Shown: piece after piece, positions 1 through 11,300 of the stretch
How the letters are laid out: every line of letters starts with the position of its first letter
Position numbering within the stretch: position 1 is the stretch's first letter
Assembly (NCBI GenBank): GCA_947630425.1
Contig: CANRHN010000001.1
Span: 26,567-90,566, forward strand
Length of the DNA: 64,000 nucleotides
Reading direction: 5' to 3'
From: an uncultured Clostridia bacterium
GTDB taxonomy: Bacteria; Bacillota; Clostridia; Christensenellales; CAG-314
Position numbers and translations under genes: made by a program
The notes under the pieces: model-generated
Databases searched by the model: none
The model's input: the letters and a program-made list of their open reading frames with translations, nothing else
What the model was told of the DNA's origin: nothing

Positions 1-658
1 CAGAGTCGTCAATCAACCCCGTAAACATGGCGGTAATGTTGTCGGAATTTATTTTTACAATTATTATTTCCGCAACGGTCCAAATCAAACTAATGGTAAT
101 TATGTAAGTCAGCGCAATCGCCCAAATAATGCCGAAAATTTTGTCGATGGACTTGAACACAACGACCGAAGTTATTTTTTTGAGCAAGTATTTTATGCCG
201 AACAGCAGGTACTTTATTGCAAGGTAAAGCACCAGCCACATTACAAACTCAACAATTATGTTTACAATAATTCTGCCAAAAAAGTTGCCCAAGGTCAGTT
301 CAAGTCCCGCAGGAACAAGCATAGCCTCCATTTTGGAAAACATTTTGCCGCTCAATCCCTTCAGAACTCCGAGATAGCTCCCCTCCATAACCGCGCCAAG
401 CTCTTCGGCGGTGGCAACAGGGGTTGTGTAGAGCTCCTTTTTGAACCATCCCGACGCAGCCGATATAAAGGACTTCATCGGGCTTGACAGCGCAAACAGG
501 GGGTACAAGACCATAACGAGGACTATTGCGCCTGCGATGGAAAAGATCCCGACAAGCGGGCGCGAAAACTGTCGGCACATACCGCGAACGGCGCCGACAA
601 TAAGGGCAATTACAAAAATTACGCCCAAACCGATATCGATAAAAGACCCGACGGACAT
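1..658 (-). CDS. CvpA-family integral membrane protein (C-terminus outside window)
   Basis: I checked codon by codon that the frame is open from the window edge to the ATG at 658-656. A GGAGGAA RBS lies at 661-667. The N-terminus MSVGSFIDIGLGVIFVIALIVGAVRGMCRQFSRPLVGIFSIAGAIVLV is multi-TM with an RG..(R/Q)F motif after TM1, as in CvpA. It is absent from the ORF track because it is truncated. Confidence 0.55.
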   Translation of the reverse strand, partial: MSVGSFIDIGLGVIFVIALIVGAVRGMCRQFSRPLVGIFSIAGAIVLVMVLYPLFALSSPMKSFISAASGWFKKELYTTPVATAEELGAVMEGSYLGVLKGLSGKMFSKMEAMLVPAGLELTLGNFFGRIIVNIIVEFVMWLVLYLAIKYLLFGIKYLLKKITSVVVFKSIDKIFGIIWAIALTYIITISLIWTVAEIIIVKINSDNITAMFTGLIDDS

Positions 659-885
659 GCTTCCTCCGATTTGCAACGATCAGCGCGTTTTAACAACGTG
701 TTCGTTAGTTATTATATTAACATAAAATACGACAAAAATAAAGCATTTTACAAAATTTATATTCGCCAACGGAAAAATTGGTGGGCTTCGACAAAAAAAT
801 ACGGCGTAACATCAAAAAAATAGCGCTGTTCGGCACTAAAAAAATTCACGTTGGCAACACTCAATTCAAAAACAAGGAGAAAGAA

Positions 886-1395
886 ATGGTAGAAGTCAGC
901 ATATACAACCCGCAGGACGCGGAAAAATTAACAAAAGAATTGGCGCAAAACAAATCCACCGTATTTATGTGTATCGGCACGGAAAAAGTTTTTTCCGACA
1001 GTCTCGGACCGCGCGTGGGCACATTGCTAAACAACTGCATGCAAGCTCCGATATTCGTTTACGGAATGTGCGAGCAAAACATCACGGCGGACAATCTGCT
1101 TTATTGCTACAATTTTATTAAAACCATGCACCCAAACAACACAATTGTGGTGGTGGACGCGGCGGTAGGTTCGGCAGATCAAATCGGAAAAATCCAAATT
1201 TGCGAAGGAGGTATTCATCCCGGTGCGGCAACCAACAAAAATCTGCCTGCCGTCGGAGACCTTGGTATTGTCGGAATTGTTGCGGAAAGGGGAATGGGCG
1301 ACTTTTATACGCTCAACTCGGAAAAAGACAAATTGGTATCTCAAGTTGCACAATTCATTGCCGACGCCATTGCGGCGAGTTTTCAAACGGCGTAG
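886..1395 (+). CDS. yyaC: Sporulation protein YyaC (DUF1256-type)
   Basis: ATG at 886 follows an AAGGAGAAAG RBS; the track ORF 778-1395 starts earlier. Motifs CIGTEKVFSDSLGPRVGTLL, VVVDAAVG and IHPGAATNKNLPAVGDLGIVG match the YyaC family. Confidence 0.7.
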   Translation: MVEVSIYNPQDAEKLTKELAQNKSTVFMCIGTEKVFSDSLGPRVGTLLNNCMQAPIFVYGMCEQNITADNLLYCYNFIKTMHPNNTIVVVDAAVGSADQIGKIQICEGGIHPGAATNKNLPAVGDLGIVGIVAERGMGDFYTLNSEKDKLVSQVAQFIADAIAASFQTA

Positions 1396-1420
1396 ATGTC
1401 TCAAGCAGATTGTCAACGTC

Positions 1421-1461
1421 AGCCCACACAAGTATGTTTGCGTGGGCTTTGTTTTATTTTT
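1421..1461 (+). terminator. Intrinsic terminator after yyaC
   Basis: Stem AGCCCAC (1421-1427) pairs with GTGGGCT (1442-1448), followed by TTGTTTTATTTTT. Confidence 0.55.
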
Positions 1462-1589
1462 CAGACCCCATGTCCTCAAAATGGGGTGGCGCACACCACA
1501 AAAGCCGCAAAATGTTAGGCGGGAAAAACAACGATAAAAAGCAAAATAATTACAAATACTATTGTAGTGTCATCAACACAACATAAAAT

Positions 1590-1618
1590 TTGACAAGATG
1601 TGTATATTGTGATAGAAT
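1590..1618 (+). promoter_or_regulatory. Sigma-A-type promoter of ftsH
   Basis: TTGACA (1590-1595), a 17-nt spacer, then TG-extended TAGAAT (TGA TAGAAT, 1610-1618). It lies about 95 nt upstream of the ftsH start. Confidence 0.7.
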
Positions 1619-1714
1619 GTATGTGTATAAGTTTATGCAAATGCGCCTTGTTCGTCAGGGCGCAACAAAAGTAAGTGAACACCCTTTTGCAAAAGCGGTG
1701 AAAGGAGTAGAATT

Positions 1715-3670
1715 TTGAATCAAAGAAAAACAAGAGCAATAATATATGCGGTTATCGGCGTGGTGCTTGCGGTTGCGCTGTTTGCGCTGCTTTGGGTATT
1801 GCTCAGCAACAACAATCAACCAATTAACGAAGCGGAATTTCGGCAAAACCTAAGCAGCGGCAAATACAAAGAGGTTACGCTCAACATCTACAAAGTTGTG
1901 GGTGTATACGAAGACAACAGAGGCAACGACGTACAGGAAACCTGCGTTATTGTTGACAGAAACGATTTTGACGCATATGTAAGAAACTATATAACCGGAG
2001 ACGGTGAAGTTGAAGGCGGTCCGGACAGCGAACTTAAGTACCGCGTTACAGATCCCAACGCCACAAGTTGGACGGACTACATCATTCCCGTGCTGTGGAT
2101 CGGCTTGATCATACTGCTCGGCGTAATCATGTTCCGTCAAATTGCCCGTCAAAACAATCAAAACATCGATTTCGGTCGGAGCAAGGCGCGCGTCGTACAA
2201 AACATGAAGGTACGATTCAGCGACGTTGCCGGCGCAGAGGAAGAAAAAGAGGAGTTGCAGGAAATAATAGACTTCCTCAAAGATCCCAAAAAGTTCAGCG
2301 ATGTCGGCGCGCGTATACCCAAAGGCGTGCTGCTGGTTGGTCCTCCGGGAACAGGTAAAACGTTGTTTGCCAAAGCTGTCGCGGGCGAAGCGGGCGTTCC
2401 GTTTTTCTCCATGAGCGGTTCCGACTTTGTGGAAATGTTCGTGGGTGTGGGCGCAAGCCGCGTGAGAGACTTGTTCGACCAAGCCAAGCGGAACATGCCG
2501 TGTATCATCTTTATAGATGAAATCGACGCCGTGGGACGTCAACGCGGCGCAGGACTTGGCGGCGGACACGACGAACGCGAACAAACGCTCAACCAATTGC
2601 TCGTGGAAATGGACGGCTTTGAGACAAGCACCAACATCATCGTTATGGCGGCAACCAACCGTGCGGACATTCTCGATCCGGCGTTGCTCCGCCCCGGACG
2701 TTTTGACCGTCAAATATATGTAAACCGTCCCGATGTGAGAGGACGTGAGGCAATTTTGAAGGTGCATGCGCGCAAAAAGCCGATAGGTCCCGACGTCAAC
2801 TTCCGTACAGTGGCACGCATAACGGCGGGGTTTACAGGCGCAGATTTGGAAAATTTGCTGAACGAAGCGGCAATTTTGGCTGTGCGCGAGGGTAGACGCG
2901 TCATTACCATGGCGGACGTCAACGAAGGTATAAACAAGGTGGTTATGGGACCGCAAAAGAAGTCTCGTCTCGTTACCGAACCGGACAAGCGCATCACCGC
3001 CTATCACGAATCGGGGCACGCAATATTGGCGTGCAGCCTCAAATACTGCGACCCCGTACACGAAGTTACCATCATTCCGCGCGGAATGGCGGCGGGCTAC
3101 ACAATGACTCGTCCGGAAAACGACAACAACCACGTAACCAAGCAGCAATTGTTGGACGACATCACAATGACGTTGGGCGGCAGAGTTGCCGAGGAACTTA
3201 TCATTCAAAACATCAGCAGCGGAGCAAGCGGCGACATAAAGGCGCTTACCGACAAGGCGCACCGAATGGTGACGGAGTGGGGTATGAGCGACCGTATCGG
3301 GCCGTTGTTCTACGGCAGCGAGGGCGAAGTGTTCGTCGGCAAAAACTATCAGACGGAAAAGAGCTACTCCGACGAAATTGCCAACATAATAGACGAAGAA
3401 GTGCGCGACATAGTAGAAAGTTGCCACAAGCGCGCAACGGAAATTCTCTCGTCCAAGCTGGATGTGTTGCACAACATGGCGAGGGTGTTGATTGAAAAAG
3501 AAACAATACACACCGAAGAAGTGGACATGCTTATGAAGGGAAGCTCTGTTGAGGAGGTTATTTCCTATATGGAAGCGCACGAGGCGGCAGCAGAACCGCA
3601 ACAAACCGTTCCGTCCGAGACAGTTCCCATCAAGGAACAACCTGCGGAAACGCCAAAGGACGGCGAGTAG
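1715..3670 (+). CDS. ftsH: ATP-dependent zinc metalloprotease FtsH
   Basis: 651-aa ORF with an N-terminal TM segment, Walker A GPPGTGKT, the AAA second region of homology, and the zinc site HESGHA. TTG start after AAAGGAG. Confidence 0.95.
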   Translation: MNQRKTRAIIYAVIGVVLAVALFALLWVLLSNNNQPINEAEFRQNLSSGKYKEVTLNIYKVVGVYEDNRGNDVQETCVIVDRNDFDAYVRNYITGDGEVEGGPDSELKYRVTDPNATSWTDYIIPVLWIGLIILLGVIMFRQIARQNNQNIDFGRSKARVVQNMKVRFSDVAGAEEEKEELQEIIDFLKDPKKFSDVGARIPKGVLLVGPPGTGKTLFAKAVAGEAGVPFFSMSGSDFVEMFVGVGASRVRDLFDQAKRNMPCIIFIDEIDAVGRQRGAGLGGGHDEREQTLNQLLVEMDGFETSTNIIVMAATNRADILDPALLRPGRFDRQIYVNRPDVRGREAILKVHARKKPIGPDVNFRTVARITAGFTGADLENLLNEAAILAVREGRRVITMADVNEGINKVVMGPQKKSRLVTEPDKRITAYHESGHAILACSLKYCDPVHEVTIIPRGMAAGYTMTRPENDNNHVTKQQLLDDITMTLGGRVAEELIIQNISSGASGDIKALTDKAHRMVTEWGMSDRIGPLFYGSEGEVFVGKNYQTEKSYSDEIANIIDEEVRDIVESCHKRATEILSSKLDVLHNMARVLIEKETIHTEEVDMLMKGSSVEEVISYMEAHEAAAEPQQTVPSETVPIKEQPAETPKDGE

Positions 3671-3697
3671 AATTTTGCAATAACAATAGCAAAACAA

Positions 3698-3742
3698 AAA
3701 GCCCTTGAAGTTGGCAAGCGACCAATTTCAAGGGCTTTTGTT
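3698..3742. terminator. Bidirectional terminator between ftsH and the convergent lipoprotein gene
   Basis: AAAGCCCTTGAA (3698-3709) pairs with TTCAAGGGCTTT (3727-3738), flanked by an A-run and a T-run. Confidence 0.75.
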
Positions 3743-3762
3743 GTGGCTTTGAACCGGAAACT

Positions 3763-4875
3763 TTAATCGGCTTTTTTGTAGTTGAGAGCGTCCCAAACGG
3801 AGTTGTCGTATTGTTCCAATTCATACGCAAGGTAGCCCACGCGGAAACGATTGGTGGTGTACTTACGCTTGTCTGTAGCGTCGTTCTCACCCTTAAGGAT
3901 TTCTCCTGAAATTTCCGCATAGTCGGGAATGTTTTCTTGCATCATATACGCCAGACCGCCAATTGTAACGGTAACAGCGTTTAGGCTTACATTCTTGGTG
4001 CTTTGTTCTCTTGCGGAGTCTGTTATCACCAGCGGCTCATTGTAAACAAATCTAAACGACGCCGCTACAAGCTCGCCAGTTTGAGGATTAAACACATTGA
4101 CCGCCGGATTGTCCGCAAAGCTCGATGATGATTTGTCAAAGCTGCGAATGTAAAGCAAGAGTTGGTTGGGGTCGATAAATGTGGCGTTGCGACCCAATTT
4201 GTATGTCGTTTCCTTGCCGTCCACCGAAACCTTCGCCGTCGGGCGTTTTCCGCTGAAATCGTAGGTTGTTTCTATCTTGTATTTGCTTGCTTGTTGGTTG
4301 GACTTTCCTATATAAAATCCGTTCGAATCAGTGGAAGAGCTGACGGGATTTTGCGTTGTGTTGTCCTCGAACGTGACGTCCGTTTTGATAACGGATCTGA
4401 AAATCACCGTTTTTTCCGACGGAGAAAGGTTCGTGTTGGCGGCAACTTCGGCGTCCTCGACAGGCTTCAACTCCGCTTCCGATATTTTTATGTCGCTTTT
4501 GTTATATTGAACATACAACGTCTGCTCTGTGGCAAATTTCCAATTTCCGGACTCCTTGGAAATTTCAAAGTGGTATTTTCCGTCTACCGCCACGGGGCGA
4601 ATTTCGTCGAGATCGGAAAATACTTCGCCGGTGATAGCCATATCTTTGTAGAATTTGACTCCGTTTTGTTCGTTATATAGGAACAATTCTGTGAGCGACG
4701 TCGCTTTTTGTGTGCCGTAGTCCGGATCAAAGGCTGCAAGACTCACGTGGAAATCGTATTGTTCCGCATCTTCCCACCGTATCAATATTTTTGTGGCGGC
4801 AGTTTGTCCGCACGCTACAAATATCGTCGCAACGGCGACAAGCAACAAAAGTAACAATGCAAGTTTTCTTTTCAT
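3763..4875 (-). CDS. Hypothetical lipoprotein
   Basis: ATG at 4875 follows a GGAGAA RBS. The signal peptide MKRKLALLLLLLVAVATIFVAC carries a lipobox. I recognise no catalytic motif. Confidence 0.6.
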   Translation of the reverse strand: MKRKLALLLLLLVAVATIFVACGQTAATKILIRWEDAEQYDFHVSLAAFDPDYGTQKATSLTELFLYNEQNGVKFYKDMAITGEVFSDLDEIRPVAVDGKYHFEISKESGNWKFATEQTLYVQYNKSDIKISEAELKPVEDAEVAANTNLSPSEKTVIFRSVIKTDVTFEDNTTQNPVSSSTDSNGFYIGKSNQQASKYKIETTYDFSGKRPTAKVSVDGKETTYKLGRNATFIDPNQLLLYIRSFDKSSSSFADNPAVNVFNPQTGELVAASFRFVYNEPLVITDSAREQSTKNVSLNAVTVTIGGLAYMMQENIPDYAEISGEILKGENDATDKRKYTTNRFRVGYLAYELEQYDNSVWDALNYKKAD

Positions 4876-5016
4876 AGTTTCTCCGTTCAATTGCATTTGC
4901 ACACCGCGTCGGCGATTGGACTCGGCAGCAGATTATATTGTATTTTTTATTATATCACATATATCCGTAATTTGCAAACAGTAAATTGGCGCGGCGACCG
5001 ACAACGCAAATTTTGC

Positions 5017-8000
5017 ATGTCGGTTGTTGACGAAAACATCGTTTTTTCTGCGGAAAGCGAGTTAAGCGGCAAAACAGATGGCAAATTTGCATTATTCTTG
5101 CCAATGGCGGTAAAAAATGCTACAATATACTTGATGAAAACAATTTCCAACAACGTGATATACAAAACAAACTCCATGGCAGACGCGGCAAAGTATGTCT
5201 TGGATCGACTTTCACGCATAGACAAGTCGAATTTGGACGTTATGCACACGGTAATTGTGCCCGACCGCGCGTCTTTGGAAGCGGAGCGCGCCATTCTCAA
5301 CGAGTTGGGCGGCAGCTTCAACGTACAGGTCAAAACATTCCGACGCCTTGCCGCCGATGTGTTGCCAAAGTACGAATACCTCTCCAAACAGGCGGGAATT
5401 CTCGCGCTCAGCGGCATCATACAAGACAACAAGGACAAGCTCGTGTGCTACAAACGCGGCGTGGAGACCCCCGGTTTTGTCGAAAGCGTCTACGACGCCG
5501 TTTGCACCTTCAAATACTGCAACATAAAGCCGGAAATGCTCCACCGGGAAATGCCGCCGAGCGTAAGCGGCAAAGCGCACGATTTGGCGTTGCTGTACAA
5601 AGCCTATCTGGAGTTTACCGAAAACCGCTTTATCGACTCGGCAGACAAGCTGGAAAAGCTGTGCGAGGCAATACGCGACACGGATTTTGCCGCAAAAAGT
5701 TACTTTTACCTGTTTGACTTCGACAACCTTTCCAAACAGGAATTGGCAATTTGTGAACAGCTGATATACAAAAGTCTCGGCGTTACGGTAGCATGCTGCG
5801 TCAGCGAGCGCGACGAGGACAAAAGGCTTTACCTCAACGACATATATCACGGGGTTCTGAAGCTGTTTTCAAGCGACGAGGCAAAACGTCGTCAAGTACA
5901 GTTCGAGATCATCAACGGAACAAGCTACGCGCACGGATTTGCCAAACAAATAGGCGACAACCTGTTTCGTTACTCCGACGTTGCGCCGTTAGAAGCGGGC
6001 AAATTTTTGGAAATTTACGAGGGCGAATCGCGAGTGGACGAGGTGTACGCGCTGGCTTGCAGAATACAGAAGTACATTCGGAGCAATCCCAAACATCGCT
6101 TTCGCGACATCTATGTGGTAGCAAGCGACGTTGCCATGTACTCCAACGCAATTTCCACCGTGTTTGCGGAGTTCGACATACCGTATTTTTGCGACAGACA
6201 GTACGCGCTTTCCGATCACCCTTACGCGCGTTACATTGTGGACTACCTGACGCTTTGCCGCAACAACGGCAAATTGTCAAGCGTTTTGCCCTTTGTCAAA
6301 AACTTTCTGTTTTGCGGCAACTTCGACGGCGCAGAGCAGGACGACAGCGTTTACTTGTTTGAAAATTACTGCCTGAAGTACAACGTTTCCTACAGGTACG
6401 ACGGCTTTGCATTGGGTCGCCACGAGGATTACTTTGACAAGGCAGATAGCTTCAGAAGGCAGTTTAACAGCTTATTTAGTACGCTTAAAGCCCCTAACCA
6501 TGCAACAATTAAGGAATATACGGATTTTGTGCGGTCACTCATAGAGATCGTTGGGCTGAATGAAAAAAACAGTCGTTTTGCAAGCATGCAGCAACAGGCG
6601 GGGCTGGAATTTGAAAGCAAGGTGACGGAACAGGTCGTGGAAAAATTCGACGGCGTTCTTACTCAGATGCAAAAGGTTTTGGGCGAGCGTTATGTGGGCT
6701 TGGACGAGTTTGTCAAGCTGCTTGTTTCCGGTGTGGCTGCGGTAAAAATTTCCGTTATTCCCGTTTACAACGATTGCGTTATTTTTGCCAACATGGCAAA
6801 GGCGCGCAAGCACGACGTCGGCTTTTTGGCGCTTTTGGGGGCAAATCAGGGCGCAATGCCCATTGTAAAAAGCGACGCCAAGCTGTTGAGCGACCGCAAC
6901 ATAGAGGAACTTCAATCGGTACAAATAGACATCGAACCGAAAATAATCGTCGAAAACAGGCGCGAACGCTTCAGCTTGTTTCAGTTGTTGCTTGAACCGA
7001 CGGAAAAGTTGTACGTTTCTTATACAACTTCCGACGGCATAGACAGATTGATACCCTCCGGCTTTGTCAGAGAATTGGGCAAGCTGTTTGTAAAAAACGG
7101 CAAGCCCTACTTTGACGGCGAAAACAATCTTTGCAAATCAAACGAGCTTTTGCAGGACGACGTTTATACGGAGAAACAGGCGTTTGCAAGGTTGGTACTC
7201 AACAGTCGCAAAATCAGAGATTCGCAGGACGTCAAAATGCCCTCCTACCAAGCGTTAAAAACATACTTTGGAGACAAATTGGCGCAATACGAAACAGCCA
7301 AGGAGGGGTTGAACATCTATGTTCCGCGCGGAAGCGAGCTTTATCTGAAAAATTCCGCAACCAGCGTCAGCCAATTGACGGACTTTTTTAAGTGTCCGTA
7401 CCGTTTTTACATACAGTACGGACTCAATGTCAAACCGCGCACCGTGGCGGAACTGAAATCCAGCGACTTGGGCAACGTTTTACACGCAGTGTTGGAAAAC
7501 TACGTTCGCGAAATGGATGTCAACGAAAGCGACGACGTTACCGAACAAAAGGCTCGGGAAAAATTCGACGTGGCGATGAACGACGATTTTTACCGCGGAT
7601 TGAAAAACGACGTCAAAATGGTGGGTATTTTGTCGCAGCTCAAGTCGGAGAGTGTCAGAATGTGCAAGGTGGTGAAAAACCAAATTCAAAACTCCGAATT
7701 TCAAAACTACGCAACGGAGTTGAGTTTTGGCGGAAACAGCGAGCTTCCCCCCGTGGTAGTGGATTTCGACGGGGGCAAATTCCACCTTGTAGGCAAAATA
7801 GACCGCGTGGATATATGCGACGGCAGGTTCATCGTCATCGACTACAAGAGCGGGGCAAATGCGGCGCACTACGGCGAAAAAGAACTGTATGTGGGGCACA
7901 AATTGCAATTGCCCGTCTATGTTCGGGCGGTGGAAAACGTCACCGGACTGCGCCCTGCGGGCTTTTACTACTTCAACATGCACGACACGTTTGCCGACTT

Positions 8001-8397
8001 GGACGCCAAGGACGACTATGTGTACAACGGTCGCACTTTGAACGACGTGGACGTCGCTTGTCAAATCGATCGTCAACTGCAAAAAGGACGCAGCACCAAG
8101 CTTGGGCTGTCTCTCAAGGCGGACGGCACTTTCAACATGCTCGGCGGACGCACCAAGCTTTTGGAAAGCGAACAGTTCGACGCTCAGGTGGAGTACGCCT
8201 TTGATTTGATACGCAGTGCCGGCAACATGATGAAAAACGGTTACGCCGCCGTCAATCCTTACGAGGGCGCGTGCAGCTACTGCGACTACAAGGACGTTTG
8301 CGACTTCGGCGACTGCTTCCACTACAATGCGCGCAAGGTGGATGACGACGTGGACAAAAACGTGATAGACAGGACGGTGGAAAATGAGCGGAATTGA
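5017..8397 (+). CDS. addB: Helicase-nuclease AddAB subunit B (RexB-like)
   Basis: The ORF is large and overlaps addA by 14 nt. The C-terminal nuclease has the four Fe-S cysteines (KCPYRFY ... GACSYCDYKDVCDF). The N-terminal Walker A is degenerate. The start is uncertain: ATG 5017 or ATG 5134; 4891 is unlikely. Confidence 0.85.
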   Translation: MSVVDENIVFSAESELSGKTDGKFALFLPMAVKNATIYLMKTISNNVIYKTNSMADAAKYVLDRLSRIDKSNLDVMHTVIVPDRASLEAERAILNELGGSFNVQVKTFRRLAADVLPKYEYLSKQAGILALSGIIQDNKDKLVCYKRGVETPGFVESVYDAVCTFKYCNIKPEMLHREMPPSVSGKAHDLALLYKAYLEFTENRFIDSADKLEKLCEAIRDTDFAAKSYFYLFDFDNLSKQELAICEQLIYKSLGVTVACCVSERDEDKRLYLNDIYHGVLKLFSSDEAKRRQVQFEIINGTSYAHGFAKQIGDNLFRYSDVAPLEAGKFLEIYEGESRVDEVYALACRIQKYIRSNPKHRFRDIYVVASDVAMYSNAISTVFAEFDIPYFCDRQYALSDHPYARYIVDYLTLCRNNGKLSSVLPFVKNFLFCGNFDGAEQDDSVYLFENYCLKYNVSYRYDGFALGRHEDYFDKADSFRRQFNSLFSTLKAPNHATIKEYTDFVRSLIEIVGLNEKNSRFASMQQQAGLEFESKVTEQVVEKFDGVLTQMQKVLGERYVGLDEFVKLLVSGVAAVKISVIPVYNDCVIFANMAKARKHDVGFLALLGANQGAMPIVKSDAKLLSDRNIEELQSVQIDIEPKIIVENRRERFSLFQLLLEPTEKLYVSYTTSDGIDRLIPSGFVRELGKLFVKNGKPYFDGENNLCKSNELLQDDVYTEKQAFARLVLNSRKIRDSQDVKMPSYQALKTYFGDKLAQYETAKEGLNIYVPRGSELYLKNSATSVSQLTDFFKCPYRFYIQYGLNVKPRTVAELKSSDLGNVLHAVLENYVREMDVNESDDVTEQKAREKFDVAMNDDFYRGLKNDVKMVGILSQLKSESVRMCKVVKNQIQNSEFQNYATELSFGGNSELPPVVVDFDGGKFHLVGKIDRVDICDGRFIVIDYKSGANAAHYGEKELYVGHKLQLPVYVRAVENVTGLRPAGFYYFNMHDTFADLDAKDDYVYNGRTLNDVDVACQIDRQLQKGRSTKLGLSLKADGTFNMLGGRTKLLESEQFDAQVEYAFDLIRSAGNMMKNGYAAVNPYEGACSYCDYKDVCDFGDCFHYNARKVDDDVDKNVIDRTVENERN

Positions 8398-11300
8398 CTT
8401 TACGGATGCGCAAAAAAGAGTAAAAAACTTTTGCGGCGAAAAAAACATGCTTGTTTCGGCGTCTGCCGGCACGGGCAAAACCACCACGATGATAGAGTGT
8501 ATCGCTTCGCTGTTGCGCGGAACAGAGGAACGAACTCCCGTGGACGTGTCGGAAATTGTCGTTGTTACCTTTACCAACCTTGCCGCCGCCGAGATGAAAG
8601 CCAAACTTGCGCAAAAGCTGTCCGCCATGTGTGGCGAAAAAGGGGCTAAGGACAGAAATTGGCTTGCCGAACAGTTGGAAAAGTTGGATAATGCGGCAAT
8701 ATGTACGCTACATTCCTTTTGCAGCGATTTGTTGCGCAACTATTTTTACGTGGTGAACATAGACCCCGCCTTTGCCATACTCGACGCCTTGACGGTTGCG
8801 TCACTGCGCAAAAATGCTCTTGACGATTTGTTTGCGGAGTATTTTTCCAAAGACGACCCCGTTTTTCGCGAGATTTACAAGATTTTTTCCGTAAACCGCC
8901 GAGAGGACAACTTTCGCGAAACGCTTTTGCGCCTTTACGACTTTTCGCGTTGCCAAGAAAACTTCGAGCAATGGTATCAACAAACAAGACAGAGCTTTGT
9001 GACATTTGGAGAGGGCAACGAAATTGCCCGTTCGCTCAAAGAGGACATCTGTCAGACGCTTGACTACCAAGCGGAAAACATGCGCAAGCTTGCCACTCGC
9101 GCCGAAGAAGCGCAACTTGCCTACGCAAACGTATTTCAACACAACGCCGACGTGTTAAAGAGCCTTTCCGAGCGGGATTTGCAAGCAATTTTGAACGGAC
9201 TTTACACGCTCACGTTGGAATCGCTTCCCCCCAAGAAAAAGAATGCCCAAACCGACAAAAATGAGGAAGAAATACGGCAACATTACAAGCAGCTCAAAAA
9301 GGATTTTGACGACCGCGCAAAAAAGTACAGCAATCTGTGCCGCGGCGAACAGCTTTCCGAGCTTTGGCGGGAAATGTCTCTTTCCGTTTGTCACGTAGAT
9401 AAAATGGTGGAGCTTGTAACGCGCTTTGACGAGCTGTTTTGGGAAGAAAAGCGTCAACGCGGCGGAGTGGATTTCAACGATCTGGAGCATCTCACCCTCA
9501 AACTGTTAAGCGACCCCGATACGCTTGCCGAAATTCAACGCAGGTACAAGCTGGTGTTTGTTGACGAGTATCAGGACACAAACCCCGTTCAGGAAGCGAT
9601 CGTAAACAAGCTCTCTAAACAAAACAATCTGTTTATGGTCGGGGACGTCAAGCAATCCATCTACGGCTTTCGCGGTTGCGAACCGAGCATTTTTGCCGAC
9701 AAGTACGAGCGTTACAAGCGTACGAAAGAGGGCGAAGCGGAGGAGCTGAACGACAATTTCCGCGCCGACAGCAGAATTTTGAATTTTGTCAACAAAGTGT
9801 TCGAGAATTTGATGACGGAACGTTTTGGCAAGGTCGATTACGCCAATGACGCAAAATTGAGCGGACGTAAAACTTCCCCATTGGACGTAGTTCCCGTAAA
9901 AATCAACGTGATTGTAAAGCCCAAATCGGAAAAGAAAGCCATAGAAACCGTTTACGACATCACGGCGAAGGTCGCGGAGGACGGAGTTAAGCAGGGCGAG
10001 CTGATTTCCAATCGAATAAAGGCTTACGTTGGCAAGAAATACTTTGTAAAAGACGACGACGGAAACCTTGTCGAAAGAAAAATCGATTACGGCGACATAG
10101 TTATACTTATGCGTTCTATGACGGAGCGCGCGCAGGATATCTACCGCACTCTTGTTGAAAACAACATACCCGTCGCGGCTTCATTTAAGGTGGAGGGGTA
10201 TTCCAACAAGGAAGTCAGGGACGTTATAAATTTGTTGCGCGTTATAGACAACCCGTATAACGACATTTATCTGGTGGGCGCATGTCTCACCTTCGGCAAG
10301 CTGACAGAAAGCGAGCTTGTACCCATTCGCTTGGATACAACGGGGCGAGTACCCTTTTACGAAAGGTTGGTCAGCTATGCCGACGTAGGAGCTTCTCTCG
10401 AAATTGCAAGCAAGGTTCGCACGTTTTTGCAATTTTTGGAGCAAATACGTTTTTATTCGTACGGCGCGTCGGTTTGCGAAACGGTACTGAAAATTTTCGA
10501 ATTGACGGACTACCGCCTTGCCGTGCAACAGCTGCCCAACGGCAACATGCGGTTGAACAAGCTACATGCTTTTGTAGACAGCATAAAGGACGCCGCATTT
10601 GCGCAAAGCATAGCCAAATTCCTTGCTTACGTTGACGAAACGCAAGAGCAAAGCGCAGACGCCCCCATTGTCCCGAATGCGGTGCGCATGATGACCATGC
10701 ACGCTTCCAAAGGGTTGGAGTTTCCCATTGTGATAATTGCCGGTTTGGAAGCGAGCTTCAATTTCGATCGTTACTCTCTGAAAACCAACTCCAAATTGGG
10801 CGCGGCTTTGGACTACTACAACATACAAACCATGCGCGTCACGCAAACGGTAGGTTCATTTGTGTGCGACGCGGTAAATCAGTTCAAACAGCGCGAGGAA
10901 GAAATGCGGTTGCTTTACGTGGCTCTTACGCGCGCAAAATTTGCGCTTGAACTTGTCGCCACGGTTGACGAGGCGCGTTTGACGCAATTGCCAAAGCAAC
11001 AAACGCGCGCAACAAGTCATTTTGATTGGCTGCACAAGCTGCTTTTCGGCAAGTACGACCAAAAAACGGTGAGTGACGGCGTGGAAGTCGAGCTTGTCGG
11101 CGCGGTGGAAAAATTGCCAAGCAAGGGTTCGGACGCGGGCGAGCAAACGGTAACGGTAGAGGAAGTACGGGAAAAACTCAATTTTGCCTATTCTTATGTC
11201 AACGAGACGAAAATGCCCTCAAAGGTCGTCAGCTCCTTGTTGGACAAGGAGTACATCGACGTTACGGACGAACCCAAGCCGGATTTTGTTTTGAACGTTG

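Noticed and set aside
1850-3697. 615-aa ORF antisense to ftsH. Similar long antisense ORFs occur at 7480-8739, 15958-16878, 28737-29543, 28772-29632, 32743-34050, 37284-38423, 59203-60933, 62517-62936 and 63174-63977.
   Set aside because: Each lies opposite a gene with clear family motifs. Their translations are low-complexity (rich in R, V, H, F and C), lack RBSs and show no motifs. These are the typical stop-poor antisense frames of coding DNA of about 50% GC.
4891-5016. Upstream extension of addB to the ORF-track start at 4891.
   Set aside because: The extension would overlap the divergent lipoprotein promoter region and encodes an implausible peptide (MHLHTASAIGLGSRLYCIFYY). ATG 5017 or 5134 is more plausible.
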